Assembly: GCF_009914755.1 (NCBI RefSeq)
Contig: NC_060931.1
Strand: one strand, 5' to 3'
From: the human T2T-CHM13v2.0 reference genome, Homo sapiens
Length of the DNA: 64,000 nt
Shown here: piece after piece, positions 15,708 to 27,185 of the stretch
Layout of the letters: each line of letters starts with the position of its first letter
Numbering within the stretch: position 1 is the first letter of the stretch
The notes under the pieces: generated by a model
Database searches by the model: none
Seen by the model: the letters and a program-made list of their open reading frames with translations, nothing else
What the model was told of the DNA's origin: nothing
Program-made: the position numbers and the translations under genes

Positions 15708-18700
15708 ATGACAGGATCAAATTCACACATAACAATACTAACCTTAAATGTGAATGGGCTAAATACTCCAATTAAAAGACACAGAGTGGCAAATTGAATA
15801 GAGTCAAGACCTATGGGTGTGCTGTATTCAGGAGATCCATCTCATGTGCAAAGACACACATAGGCTCAAAATAAAAGGATGGAGGAAAATTTACAAAGCA
15901 AATGGAAAGCAAAAAAAAAGCAGGGGTTGCAATCCTAGTCTCTGACAAAACAGACTTTAAACCAATATAGATCAAAAAAGGGCATTATGTAATGGTAAAG
16001 GAAACAATTCAATAAGAAGAGCTAACTACTCTAAATGTATAAGCACACAATACAGGAGCACCCAGATTCATAAAAACAAGTTCTTAGAGATCTACAAAGA
16101 GACTTAGACTCCCACATAATAATAGTGGGAGACTTTAACACCCCATTCTCAGTATTAGACAGAAAACGAGACAGAAAATTAGCAAGGATATTCAGGACTT
16201 GAACTAAGCTCTGGATCAAGTGGAACTAGTAGACATCTACAGAATTCTCTACACCAAATCAACAGGATATACATTGTTCTCAAGGCCACATGGCCTTATT
16301 CTAAAGTCAACCACATAATTGGAAGTAAAACACTCCTCAGCAAATGCAAAAGAAGTGAAATCATAACAGTCTCTCAGACCACAGTGCAATCAAATTAGAA
16401 CTCAATATTAAGAAACTCACTCAAAACCACACAATTACATGGAAATTGAACAACCTGCTCTTGAATGACTCCTGGGTAAATAATGAAATCAAGGCAGAAA
16501 TCAAGAAGCTATTTGAAACCAATGAGAATAAAGAGACAACGTATCTTTGGGACACAGCAAAAGCAGTGTTAAGAGGGAAATTTATAGCACTAAATGCTGA
16601 CATCAGAAAGCTTGAAAGACCTCAAATTGACACACTAACATCAGAATTAAAAGAGTTAGAGAGGCAAGAACAAACTAACCCAAAAGCCAGCAGAAGACAA
16701 GAAATAACTAAGATCAGAGAAGAATTGAAGGAGACAGAGACATGGAAAACCCTTCAAAAATATCAATGAATCCAGGAGCAAGTATTTTTTTAATTAAGAA
16801 AATATATAGATCACTAGCTAGATTCATAAAGAAGAAAACAGAGAAGAATCAAATAGACACAATAAAAAATAATAAAGGGGATATCATCGCTGATCCCAAA
16901 GAAATACAAGCTACCATCAGAGAATACTATAAACACCTCTATGCAGATGAACTAGAAAATCTAGAAGAAATGTATAAATTCCAGGACGCATACACCCTCC
17001 CAAGACTAAACCAGGAAGAAGTTGAATTCCTGAATAGACCAATAACAAGTTCTGAAATTGAGTCAATAATTAATAGCCTACCAACCAAAAAAAGCCCAGG
17101 ACAAGACGGATTCACAGCTGAATTCTACCAGAAATACAAAGAGGAGCTGGTACCATTCCTTCTGAAACTGTTCCAAACAATTTAAAAGGAGAGAGACTCA
17201 TCTCTAACTCCTTTTATGAGGCCAGCATCATCCTGATACCAAAACCAGGAAGAGACACACACAAAAAAGAAAACTTCAGGCCAATATCCCTGATGAACAT
17301 CTATGTGAAAATCCTCAGTAAAATACTGTCAAAGCGAATCCAGCAGCACATCAAAAAACTTATCCACCGCAATCAAGTCAGGTTCATCCCTGACACATAA
17401 GCCTGGTTCAGCATATGCAAATCTACAAATGTAATCCATCACATAAACAGAACCAAAGACAAAAACTACATGAGTATCTCAATAGATGGAGAAAAGGCCT
17501 TTAATAAAATTCAACATCCCTTCAGGTTAAAAACTCTCAATAAACTAGTTATTGATGGAACATATCTCAAAATAATAAGAGCTATTTATGACAAACCCAC
17601 ATCATATTGAATGGGCAAAAGCTGGAAGCATTCCTTTTGAAAACCGGTGCAAGACAAGGATGCCCTCTCTCACCACTCCTATTCAACATAGTATTGGAAA
17701 TTTTGGCCAGGGAAATCAGGCAAGAGAAGAAATAAACGGTATTCAAATAGAAAGAGAGAAAGTCAAATTGTCTCCGTTTGTGGATGACATGATTCTATAT
17801 TTAGAAAACTCCATCAGCATAGCCCCTAAACTCCTTAAACTGATAAGCAACTTCAGCAAAGTCTCAGGATACAAAATCAATGTACAAAAATCATAAGCAT
17901 TTCTTTACACAACAATAGACAAGCAGAGAGCCAAATCATGAGTGAACGCCCATGTACAATCACTACAAAGAGAATAAAATACCTAGGAATACAGCTAACA
18001 AGGGATGTGAAGGATCTCTTCAAAAAGAACTACAAACCACTTCCATCCTCAAGGATAGGAAGAATCAATATTGTGAAAATGGCCATACTGCCCAAAGTAG
18101 TTTATAGATTCAATGCTATTCCCATCAAACTACCATTGACATTCTTCACAGAATTAGAAAAAACTATTTAAAATTTCATATGGAATCAAGGAAGACCCCA
18201 AGACAATCCTAAGCTGGAGGCCTCGTGCTACCTGAGTTCAAACTATACTACAAGGCTACAATAACCAAAACAGACATATAGACCAATGGATCAGAACAGA
18301 GACCTCAGAATCACACCACACATCTACATCCATGTGATCTTTGAAAAACCTGCCAAAAACAAGCAGTGAGGAAAGGATCTCCTATTCTGTAAATGGTGCT
18401 GGGAAAACTGACTAGCCATATGCAGAAAACTGAAACTGGACCCCTTCTTTACACCTTATACAAAAATTAACTCAAGATGGATTAAAGACTTAAATGTAAA
18501 ACCCCAAACCATAAAAATCCTAGAAGAAAACCTAGGCAATACCATTCAGGTCATAAACATGGGCAAAGACTTCATGACAAAAATGCCAAAAGCAATTGCA
18601 ACAAAAGCCAAATTTGACAAATGGGATCTAATTAAGCTAAAGAGCTTCTGCACAGCAAAAGAAACTTATCAGAGTGAACAGGCAACCTACAGAATGGGAG

Positions 18701-19419
18701 AAAATTTTTGCAATCTACCCATCTGACAAAGGTCTAATATCCAGAATTTACAAGAAACTTAAACAAATTTACAAGTAAAAACAACAAACAACCCCATCAA
18801 AAAGTGGGTAAAGGATATGAATGGACACTTCTCAAAAGAAGACATTTATGTGGCCAACGAACATATGAAAAAAAGCACAACATCACTGATCATCAGAGAA
18901 ATGCAAATCAAAACCACAATGAGATAACATCTCATGCCAGTCAGAATGGTGATTATTAAAAAGTCAGGAAACAATAGATGCTGGCGAGGCTATAGAGAAA
19001 TAGGAATTCTTTTACACCGTTTGTGGGAATGTAAATTAGTTCAACCACTGTGGAAGACAGTGTGGCAATTCCTCAGGGATACAGAACCAGGAATACCATT
19101 TGTCCCAGCAATCCCATTACTGGGCATATACCCAAAGGAATATAAATCATTCTACTATAAAGACACATGCACTCTTACATTTATTGCAGCACTATTTACA
19201 ATAGCAAAGACATGGAACCAACCCAAATGCCCATCAATGATAGACTGGATAAATAAAATGTGGTACATATACATCGTGGAATACTATGCAGCTATAAAAA
19301 GGAATGAGATCATGTCCTTTTCAGGGACATGGATGAAGCTGGAAGCCATCATCCTCAACAAACTAACACAGGAACAGAAAATCAAATACCACATGTTCTC
19401 ACTCATAAGTGGGAGTTGA
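15708..19419 (+). pseudogene. L1 ORF2 remnant (EN-RT-Cys-rich), broken by frameshifts, stops and deletions
   Basis: ATGACAGGATCAAATTCACAC start; fragments 16446-16769, 16742-17185, 17588-17896 (FVDDMILYL for FADD), 17938-18171, 18934-19419 (ends MFSLISGS*). Confidence 0.92.
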
Positions 19420-20793
19420 ACAATGAGAACACATGGACACAGAGAGGGGAATAACACACATCAGGGCATGTTATGGGGTGGGGAGTGAGGAGAGGGAACT
19501 TAGAGGATGGGACAATAGATGCAGCAAACCACCATGGCGTATGTAGACCTATGTAAAAAACCTGTATGTTCTGCACATGTATCCCTTTTATTTAAGAAGA
19601 AATTTTAAAAAAAAGGAAAATGGAAAATTGGAAGGCGTAGGAAGTACAAGGAAGGATAAAGATTCTGCTACTCACTTTCTGCTGCACTGGAGAAAGACAG
19701 ACTTCACCAGGGTTAGCTGAACACCAGAAAATTCTGAGCTGCTGTAGAAAGGATTGGATGCTAGGAGTCCCCTCAAGGAATTTCATTATAAAAATGGTTT
19801 ATGAAGCTTCTCCATTCTCTGGAGCCCTGGTAAAGCATTACAGTCAAGCCCTACTCTACTTAGTGAAAAACACAGGCTTATCTGCTCCTCCGTGTTCTTG
19901 GCAATACACATACCATCTTCTCAGTAATCTATATCTTCAACATGGACAGATAGTTCTTTCTGTCCTCTTATCCATCTATCAGATGTGAACACTTTATGTA
20001 GACTAGAAGAATAAAAAATCAATAAATGAAATGATTGATTTTGTGAATGTATACATGCACACAACACATACATACATGCATGTACTATAAAAGCATAAAA
20101 TAAGGTATGTTTATATGTGGTTTGTAAAGATCATACCAAGCGTATCATTCTGGACTCTTTTTGTCAGAACAATGTAAACTGGAAGGGCATTCTGAAAAAT
20201 TCTTCACATTTGTTTTTGTTTCAAATATAGTAAAATATATGCCAAATGTAAACACGAAATTAAGTTTCTGTCTATTTCGGTTGCTGAATTAACTTGAAAC
20301 ATCTGGATGGATAATTATCAAATTTCATGGTATGTTTCTAGAACAGGGCATATGAAAAGCTCACCACTTCTGTTATAGGTTATCCTCACAGGCGCCTCAG
20401 AGGAATAAGCAGTCATTTTTCAGAAGACAGAAAATGTGCTACTGAGGTGTGCCTCCTAACCTACAATGAAATCCATATAAATCATGGCATCACAAAAAGG
20501 AAAACTAACAGTGATTCCAACTATAAGCTGCAAACTGAAAGCCTCAATGGCTGATCCTCCAAACTCTGCAGCCAGTTCGTAGTTGAGCTGCTCCTCACGT
20601 GGACAACTTTACACATCGTGGTCCAAAGTTTGTGACAATGCAAACATACTTATTTGATGATGGTAACTAGCATATTCTCAAGCAAAACAAGTGATTACAG
20701 GTAAGTGAATAAAAAATTTAAATTTGAAATGAAGTAGATCATGTTTTTTATATATACAATATTTTATATCTTCCACTATGCTGTAAAATGTCA

Positions 20794-21087
20794 TTATTTT
20801 TTACTTTGAGATGGTTTCTCACTCTGTCACCCAGGTTGGAGTACAGTGGAGGGATCTTGGCTCACTGCACTTTCCGCCTCCCAGGTTCAATTGACCCTAC
20901 CACCTCAGCCTCCTGAGTAGTTGGGAATATAGCCATGTGCCACAACACCAGGCTAATTTTTAGATTTTTTGCAGAGACAGAGTTTTGCCATGTAGCCCAG
21001 GCTGGTCTCGAACTCCTGGGCTCAAGCAATCTACCTGCCTTGGCCTCCCAAAGTGCTGGGATTATAGGCATGAGCCACTATGCCCAG
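20794..21087 (-). mobile_element. AluJ
   Basis: Antisense Alu with J-type ctcctgggctcaagcaatc; TSD AAAATGTCA at 20785-20793 and 21089-21097. Confidence 0.9.
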
Positions 21088-21900
21088 AAAAATGTCACTT
21101 TTGTCAGATCCTTTTCTTAAGTCATTGAATAACAGTCCTTCTCACTTGCCCTAAAGTTAATGTCTGTTTTGTCCATTTCAGAGAGAACAGATACTACTAG
21201 GGAAACACTGATCAAAAGAAGAAAAGAGGGAAGCCCTGGATAAAGATATAGTTTGTGATTCTGTGATTGGGAACAAAATAAAAGCACTATCCAACTCCCT
21301 CCTGGCCTAGGAAGTTATATTTTTGCAATGAAGAAACAAGAGTTTATCAACTCCCCCAGAATCCTAAACTATTTGTGAAGAGTAATGTAAATTTTCAAGG
21401 TAGATTTTCTCAAAGTGGCAGCATGTACATGACAAGCAAACTTCTGAAAATTCCTCTTTAAATATGTCTTCCTCTCCAAAAAGTTGCCCACCAGTTGTAG
21501 CTGCTTAAAATTACTTTTAATGTCTCCCTTCTTCCAGCACTGCTGTCTCGTAAAATACGCTGTTGTGAAGTGCACTCCCTCCTTGCCTGTACCTGGTGAG
21601 CACACGGGTCTTACATTCAGCTCCTTGAGAAGAGCACTTCTTCTGCTTGGACTGTTTATCTCAGGATCATCAGTCTCCTGATGGCAAACCACTTGTCCCC
21701 CCACCCCGCCACCACCTACCTTAGAGCCTACTTCTTTTCACAGCCCAAAGTAACGTTTTCTTTGATGACTCTTGAGCTGGGTTGTGAAGAAAATGCTCTT
21801 GTTGTACACAGCATTCTTTTTGCTTCCAATTTTTCAAATTTTTATTGTGGTAAGAACACCCAACATGAACTCTATCCTCTTAACAAATTTTTAAGTGTAT

Positions 21901-22257
21901 TGTATTAGTCCACAATGCTATAAAGAACTCCCTGAAACTGGGTAATTTATGAAGGAAAAAGATTTAATTGACTCACAGTTCTGCATGGCTGGGGAAGCCT
22001 CAGGAAACTTACAATCATGGAAGAAGGCAAAGCAGGCACCTTCTTCACAAGGTGGTAGGAGAGAGAAAGGGGAAACCACCACTTATAAAACTATCAGATC
22101 TCATGAGAACTCACTCACTATCACAAGAGCAGCATGGGGGAAATCATCCCTATGATGCAATCACCTCCTACCAGGTCCCTCCCCTGACACATGGGGATTA
22201 CAATTCGGATTACAATTTGAGATGAGATTTGGATGGGGACATAGCCAAACCATATCA
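21901..22257 (-). mobile_element. THE1D/MSTA-type MaLR solo LTR
   Basis: tgtattagtcc...gccaaaccatatca termini; 5-bp TSD tgtat/tctac. Confidence 0.9.
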
Positions 22258-22455
22258 TCTACAATGTACTATTGTTAGCTGTGGGCACAGCAAATGTCTA
22301 GGGCTTACTCATCTTGCCTAAGTAAAATTTTAGACACCCCATTCCACCCTGTTGACTAGAAATTCCCCTTGTCCCTTCTCCCAGCCCCTGGAAACCACCA
22401 TTCTGTTGTCTGTTCTATGAATTTGACTATTTTAGATACCTCATATTAGTGAAAT

Positions 22456-22930
22456 TGAGGTAAGAGAACAGCAGGACATGTTTTCACAACCCAGCTGATC
22501 TAGACAGGATATAGCAAAGAAACCAGCCAAAACCAGCAAGGATTAGGAATTATAATGCATTTGCATAAGACCCTCCCACCAGCACCATGACAGTTAAAAA
22601 TGCCATGGCAAATACCCAGAATTTACCTTATATAGTTCCTGGAGCTCTGCACTGCCCTCCCACTACAAAGTTTGTGAATAACCTGACCTTCAATTAGCAT
22701 ATAATTAAGAGTGGGTCTAAGAAGTATAGCTAGCTACAATTCATGAGGGCTACTCTGGACCACTCCGCCTGTTGGATGGCCCTGTTCTGTCTACAGCACA
22801 GCCATTTTGGTGTACATTGTTGCCTAATAAACTTGCCTTCTTTCACTGTCAGCTCACTCTTGAATTCTTTCTTGAGCAAAGCCAAGACCTCTCCCTAGCT
22901 GAGCCACAATTTTGGGGTTTACCTGCATCA
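22456..22930 (+). mobile_element. 5' LTR (MER66-like)
   Basis: tgaggtaagagaacagcaggac...ctcccaccagcaccatgacagtt...aataaacttgcc...ggggtttacctgcatca. Confidence 0.85.
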
Positions 22931-22933
22931 TCC

Positions 22934-22951
22934 TGGCAATTATGAAGGGGC
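22934..22951 (+). other. Degenerate primer-binding site, tRNA-Arg type
   Basis: TGGCAATTATGAAGGGGC vs recalled TGGCGACCACGAAGGGAC; 5 differences, all transitions; 3 nt after the LTR. Confidence 0.6.
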
Positions 22952-24027
22952 AAAGTGATGAACAACATGAACAAGACAAATGAGATAAGGGGCTCAGGAT
23001 AGATTGAAGCTGTGGAGCTGTAACACTGTAAAGCTGTAACTCTATAGGGCTCCTAATGCTGTAAAACTGTACATGAGCCAAAGGCTCTTTTCAGAGTCAT
23101 CATTATTCCTGATGACTAAAAAGCTAAGGGAACCTGAGGGAAACCTTCACCCAGACCCCAAATTAAGACCAATCAACAGCATATCACTTCCTTGGACCAG
23201 TGAGTGTTCCCTTTGTTGCCCCTCGATATTGACTTTTTGGGGTGAACCAGAAAATCAGAATGGAGCCTCTGGCTTGGGAGTTCATTTTTTCCTGTTGTTT
23301 GGGTGGCCCTGACAGGAGCATGCCTGGCACATCCTTGTTGTCCTTTCCCTTGGACCTTTCTTTTCTTTTTAGTCTCTAACGACTGGCCGTTTTACTCTCA
23401 ACACTTTTTTGTTGTCGTATTTGTGGTCTTTGCTTAGACTATTTGGGCAATTGTTTATTTTAAGAGGTCCCACATTGTCCTAACTTTGGGATGCCAGAGT
23501 TGCTTTGTTCTGCGACCACAATTGTGTTAGGTTTTATGCCTTTAGGGCTCACTGTTGGCCACCTTGCAGATGCTGCCAGGTTTTCAGCACTTGGAGAGGG
23601 GACCCTCATTGGCCAATGCCCAGATGCTCCATGTTTTTCAGCATTTGGTGCCCTGTTTGCATTGTTTGTCTTTGTCACACTGCCCATTTTCGGCAACCTC
23701 TTTCATTGCTATTTGTGGAATTCACAATATGAGAAAACTGTCATCCTATTTTCACCTCTCCTTCTATACTTTGCTGATTAAAACACCTATTTTGTCATAT
23801 TCCATTTGTTAATGGATGCAATCATCACTCAACTGCCCGCTCATATCTCATAATTCACTTTTGCCATGCCCTGTTAAATGTACTTACACCCTCTTTTCAG
23901 AAATTGGTAATGATTACCCTCCTGACTTTTCTTGAGGAAAAGGGAGGTGGAAATCTAAAAGGAAAAATAACTGGGCTCTTGCTAGACTTAGAAAAATTTC
24001 TGTGTCTAATATAGATCCTCGTTAGAC

Positions 24028-25122
24028 ATGGTGACAATGGCAAACAATTCAAAAGACTCACCACTAGGGTGCCTTTTGGGCAATTGGAACAAATTCAAAT
24101 TACATGGTTTAAAGAGAAAGAAACTCATTTTCTATTGCAACACTGTTCAGATGCAATACCACTTGGGAAATGAAGAAATTTGTCGTAAAAATGGTTTCTT
24201 ACATTATAATACTATTTTACAAATATATTTATTCTGTAAAAAGGAAGGAAAATGGGGAGAAGTCCCTCAAATATAGGTTTTTATGGTCTTTTACTAGGAT
24301 CCTGACTTAAGGGACAACTGTGGAATGTTTACCATGTCCACTGACTTAACTTGTATGACTTGCAAATATTATTGTCCACCTGCTGTACTGTAGAGGAAAA
24401 ACAAAGGATTCTGGTTACTACCCATGGATATTCAGATGGCCATGCCACTTACTGTGTGGGAGGAGATCAAGTTCCAGATCTAAACCTTAAGCAGGATTAT
24501 CAGAGAGGTATCCAATATTTTGAATACAGAAATCATCTGTAATTTGTTTAATAGGAGTATGAAAAGCTGTGAGGTTTAGCCAGTTAATTATGACAAGCTT
24601 AGAGAAGCAATTCAGGGGAAGGATGAAAATTCCACTCTGTTTCAGGACCATTTGGTTGATGCACTCAGGAAATATACTAATGCAAACCCAGACTCCTTGG
24701 AAGGACAAGCTCTCCTGGGTATATATTTTATCACTCAATCTGCCACTCACATTAGCAGGAGGCTACAAAAGGCAGAATGGGACTTCAAACCCCCATAAGC
24801 CCACTCTTAAACATGGCCTTAGGTATTTACAACAATAGGAACGGGATGGAGGAGGTGGAGAAAAACCAAAAGAAATAGCCAAAAAGCACAATTGTTAGTG
24901 GTGTCCTTAAGCCACATGCCACCTCAAGGTTACCCAGCCTGAGGAAGTGTCTTGAGAGTGGTGTCTGGGATGTCCAGACAATAGCCCACGACTCTTCAGC
25001 CCCTGGGTCATAATCACTGTGCCTTCTTTAAGCAAGAGGCCCATTGGAAAAGGGACTGCCCCAGATTCCGAAGGGACTTTTGCCCATTCAAACCTTTAAT
25101 TGCTGAGAGAACAGAAGACTGA
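24028..25122 (+). pseudogene. gag: ERV gag remnant (MA, CA with MHR, NC zinc knuckle)
   Basis: PLGCLLGNWNKF..LKRKKLIFYCNT..YNTILQIYLFCKKEGKWGEVP; QGKDENSTLFQDHLVDALRKYT..EGQALLGIYFITQSA; CAFFKQEAHWKRDCP (CCHC with second Cys lost); stop at gaagacTGA. Confidence 0.9.
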
Positions 25123-25841
25123 CAGGGCCCAAATTTCCCCACGGCTCCCACTAGACACCTTCCATCTCCATAGCATAGTCTCAGGTAACCCTTGATGTGG
25201 CAGGTCAGAATACTGAGTCCTTACTAGATATGGAAACAGGCTTCTCGGTTCTGACAAATTTCTCAGGGCCACTATCTTCCCACTGTTGTAGCATTAAGGA
25301 GATTGATGACTAGCCAAAAAATTAGGTGATTCACCCACCCTCTTTGTTGTACCATGGGAAACCACAAATTTTTTCACAAGTTCTTGCTTATGCCTGAATG
25401 CCCTATTCCTTACTGGGAAGAGACTTACTTTCCCAATTACAGACCACAGTTCAATTTGGAGAGCCTAATAAAAAGGTAACAGGCCAGGAAGGGATACTAC
25501 TTCTAGCTTTAAGTGCTTGCCTTAATAAAGATAAAGAAAAGACTTCCTTCCCACTACATAGTACTTCTCAAGGAGACTCCTATGTTTGGGATATAGAAGT
25601 TCCTGGTACAGCTGTTAATGTACCCGCAGTTCAGGTTACTTTGAAACCCAATGTTAGTTACCCACGGAAAAAACAATAGCCTTTGAGACCCGAAGCACAA
25701 TGGGGCATACAGGCCCTGGGAGTGAAGTTTCTGAAGTACAGCCTAATACAACCCTGTCAGTCCCCATGTAACACTCCCATTATGCCTGTACAGAAACCAA
25801 ATGAGAAATATAGATTTGTTCAGGATCTGAGGACAGTTAAC
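25123..25841 (+). pseudogene. pol: ERV protease plus 5' end of RT, truncated
   Basis: QVTLDVAGQNTESLLDMETGFSVLT (DTG degenerate), SLLGRDLLSQL, then IQPCQSPCNTPIMPVQKPNEKYRFVQDLRTVN, where homology stops. Confidence 0.9.
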
Positions 25842-26200
25842 CCCTAGAAAACTTAAAACTGTTGTTTGGCAAACAGACAGATAAGTAACTTACTACCAAT
25901 GCATAAATAATATATAAACAAGCTACTGGTTACATAGCTATAACCAGGGAACTGACCCCAGTTATATCTGGTCAACTATAAAAATGCCCTCCCGAGCTTC
26001 ACATGGTTTTTACCCTTCCTATGACCTTCATTAGTTATCTTGTTACTACTAATCTTTGGCCTTTGCTTGTTTAACCTCCTTGTAAAGTTTGTGTCTTCTA
26101 GATTAAAGAATCTCATGTGAAAACAATGCTGGCACAAGGCTTCAACCTATCCCATTCTCTGACCTGGAAAATAAAGACATCATGCCTTTGAGCCCCTTAG
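25842..26200 (+). pseudogene. env: ERV env TM anchor and cytoplasmic tail remnant
   Basis: 26004-26105 reads WFLPFL*PSLVILLLLIFGLCLFNLLVKFVSSRL, a typical gammaretroviral TM anchor. Confidence 0.85.
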
Positions 26201-26529
26201 ATCAGGAATCCAGAGATTTTTTACTCCTCCAATGCTAAGCAGGGTCTATACCCGTAAAACCAGCAGGAAGCAGCTACGGAATATAGACCTCCACCCTTTT
26301 ACAACCCCTTATGATTAAGGATGAGTATATAATCTCCAAAGGGAGAATGAGGTAGGAGATCAGCAAGACTTGTTTTTGAGACCCTGCTGACGTAAACAAG
26401 ATGTAACAAAGAAACCAGCCAAAACCAACTAGGACCAGGAATTATAATGCATTTGCTTAAAGACACTCCCGCCAGCACCATGGCAGTTTTAAAATGCCAT
26501 GGCAACAACAAGGAAATTACCCTATATGG

Positions 26530-26560
26530 TTCCTAGAACTCTCTGCCCCTTTTCCAGGAA
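26530..26560. promoter_or_regulatory. Tandem GAS (STAT) motifs in the 3' LTR
   Basis: TTCCTAGAA (26530-26538) and TTCCAGGAA (26552-26560), both TTC-N3-GAA. Motif match only; activity unknown. Confidence 0.6.
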
Positions 26561-26746
26561 GTTTTTGAATAATATACCCTTCAATTGGCTTATAACTAAG
26601 AGTGGATATAAATATAGGTAGCTCACAATCAATTCACAAGTGCTGCTCTGGACCACTCTGCCTCTGAGATAGTCCTGGTATCTCTATGGGTCAGCCATTT
26701 TGCTGTACACTGTTGCTATAATAAACTTACTTTCTCACTGTCAACT

Positions 26747-26832
26747 TGAGAGGCGAAGCTAGCTGGACTTCTAGGTCATTCTTAAAGTCAGCAAGACCAC
26801 GAACCCACCAGAAGAAACCAACTCTGGACACA
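26747..26832 (+). mobile_element. LTR12 (ERV9) solo-LTR remnant made only of its two termini
   Basis: 5' end tgagaggcgaagctagctggacttct joined to 3' end cattcttaaagtcagcaagaccacgaacccaccagaagaaaccaactctggacaca; 4-bp TSD aact/gact. Confidence 0.85.
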
Positions 26833-27009
26833 GACTCACTCTTGAATTCTTTCCTGAGCAAAGCCAAGCATCCTCCCAAGCTGAGCCCCAATTTTGGGGT
26901 TCACCTGCATCAAAATTACACAGTATTTGCCTTTCTGTGTCAGGTGTATTTCACTTAGCACAATAGTCTCAAGGTTTATTCATTTTACCACATTTCTTCT
27001 TTTCTAAGG

Positions 27010-27185
27010 CTAATTTCAAATATCTTGCTATAAAAATGATAGGTAAGAAAGGTGATTCATATGTTAATTGGCTTGCTTAATCATGCCATATTGTAAACAC
27101 ATGCCAAAATACCACACTGTACTCCATAAATGTTCACAGTCATGACTCATCAATCAAAAATAAAAATAATATTTTTTTAAAAAAA
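27010..27185 (+). mobile_element. L1MA 3' terminal fragment
   Basis: aaaaatgataggtaagaaaggtgattcatatgttaattggcttg...cacactgtactccataaat...A-rich end. Confidence 0.7.

Larger units (their letters stand above)
13296..19614 (+). mobile_element. Full-length, inactivated L1PA12-like LINE-1 (5'UTR, ORF1, ORF2, 3'UTR, A-tail)
   Basis: 5' end ggggccaagatggccaactagaa; ORF1 and ORF2 remnants; 3'UTR gagggaacttagaggatggg...gtatcccttttatttaagaagaaa as in L1PA12. Degenerate A-rich TSD (aaaaatgaaaataagaaaaatgg / aaaaaggaaaatggaaaattgg). Confidence 0.92.
22456..26912 (+). mobile_element. Internally deleted ERV1 (class I, gag similar to HERV-W/ERV9) provirus with MER66/MER41-type LTRs
   Basis: Two homologous TG...CA LTRs, 4-bp TSD AAAT (22452-22455 and 26913-26916), PBS, gag/pro/5'-pol/3'-env remnants, PPT aaagggagaa at 26338-26347. 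Confidence 0.92.
26348..26912 (+). mobile_element. 3' LTR (MER66-like) containing a nested LTR12 remnant
   Basis: Homologous to 22456-22930 apart from an 86-bp insert plus its 4-bp duplication; TATAAATA at 26607, AATAAA at 26720. Confidence 0.88.
21828..26990 (-). mobile_element. L1MB/L1MA-type 3' end, split into 21828-21900, 22258-22455 and 26913-26990 by two LTR insertions
   Basis: The pieces rejoin into a continuous L1MB antisense 3'UTR: ...tttaagtgta|caat...gatacctcatattagtgaaat|tacacagtatttgcctttctgtg...tttcacttagca. Confidence 0.8.

Noticed and set aside
18934-19419. 161-aa ATG-initiated ORF
   Set aside because: C-terminal piece of the dead L1 ORF2 with the cysteine-rich motif degenerate; no sign of exaptation.
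24028-26200. Domesticated gag or syncytin-like env gene
   Set aside because: Multiple stops and frameshifts, and most of env is deleted.
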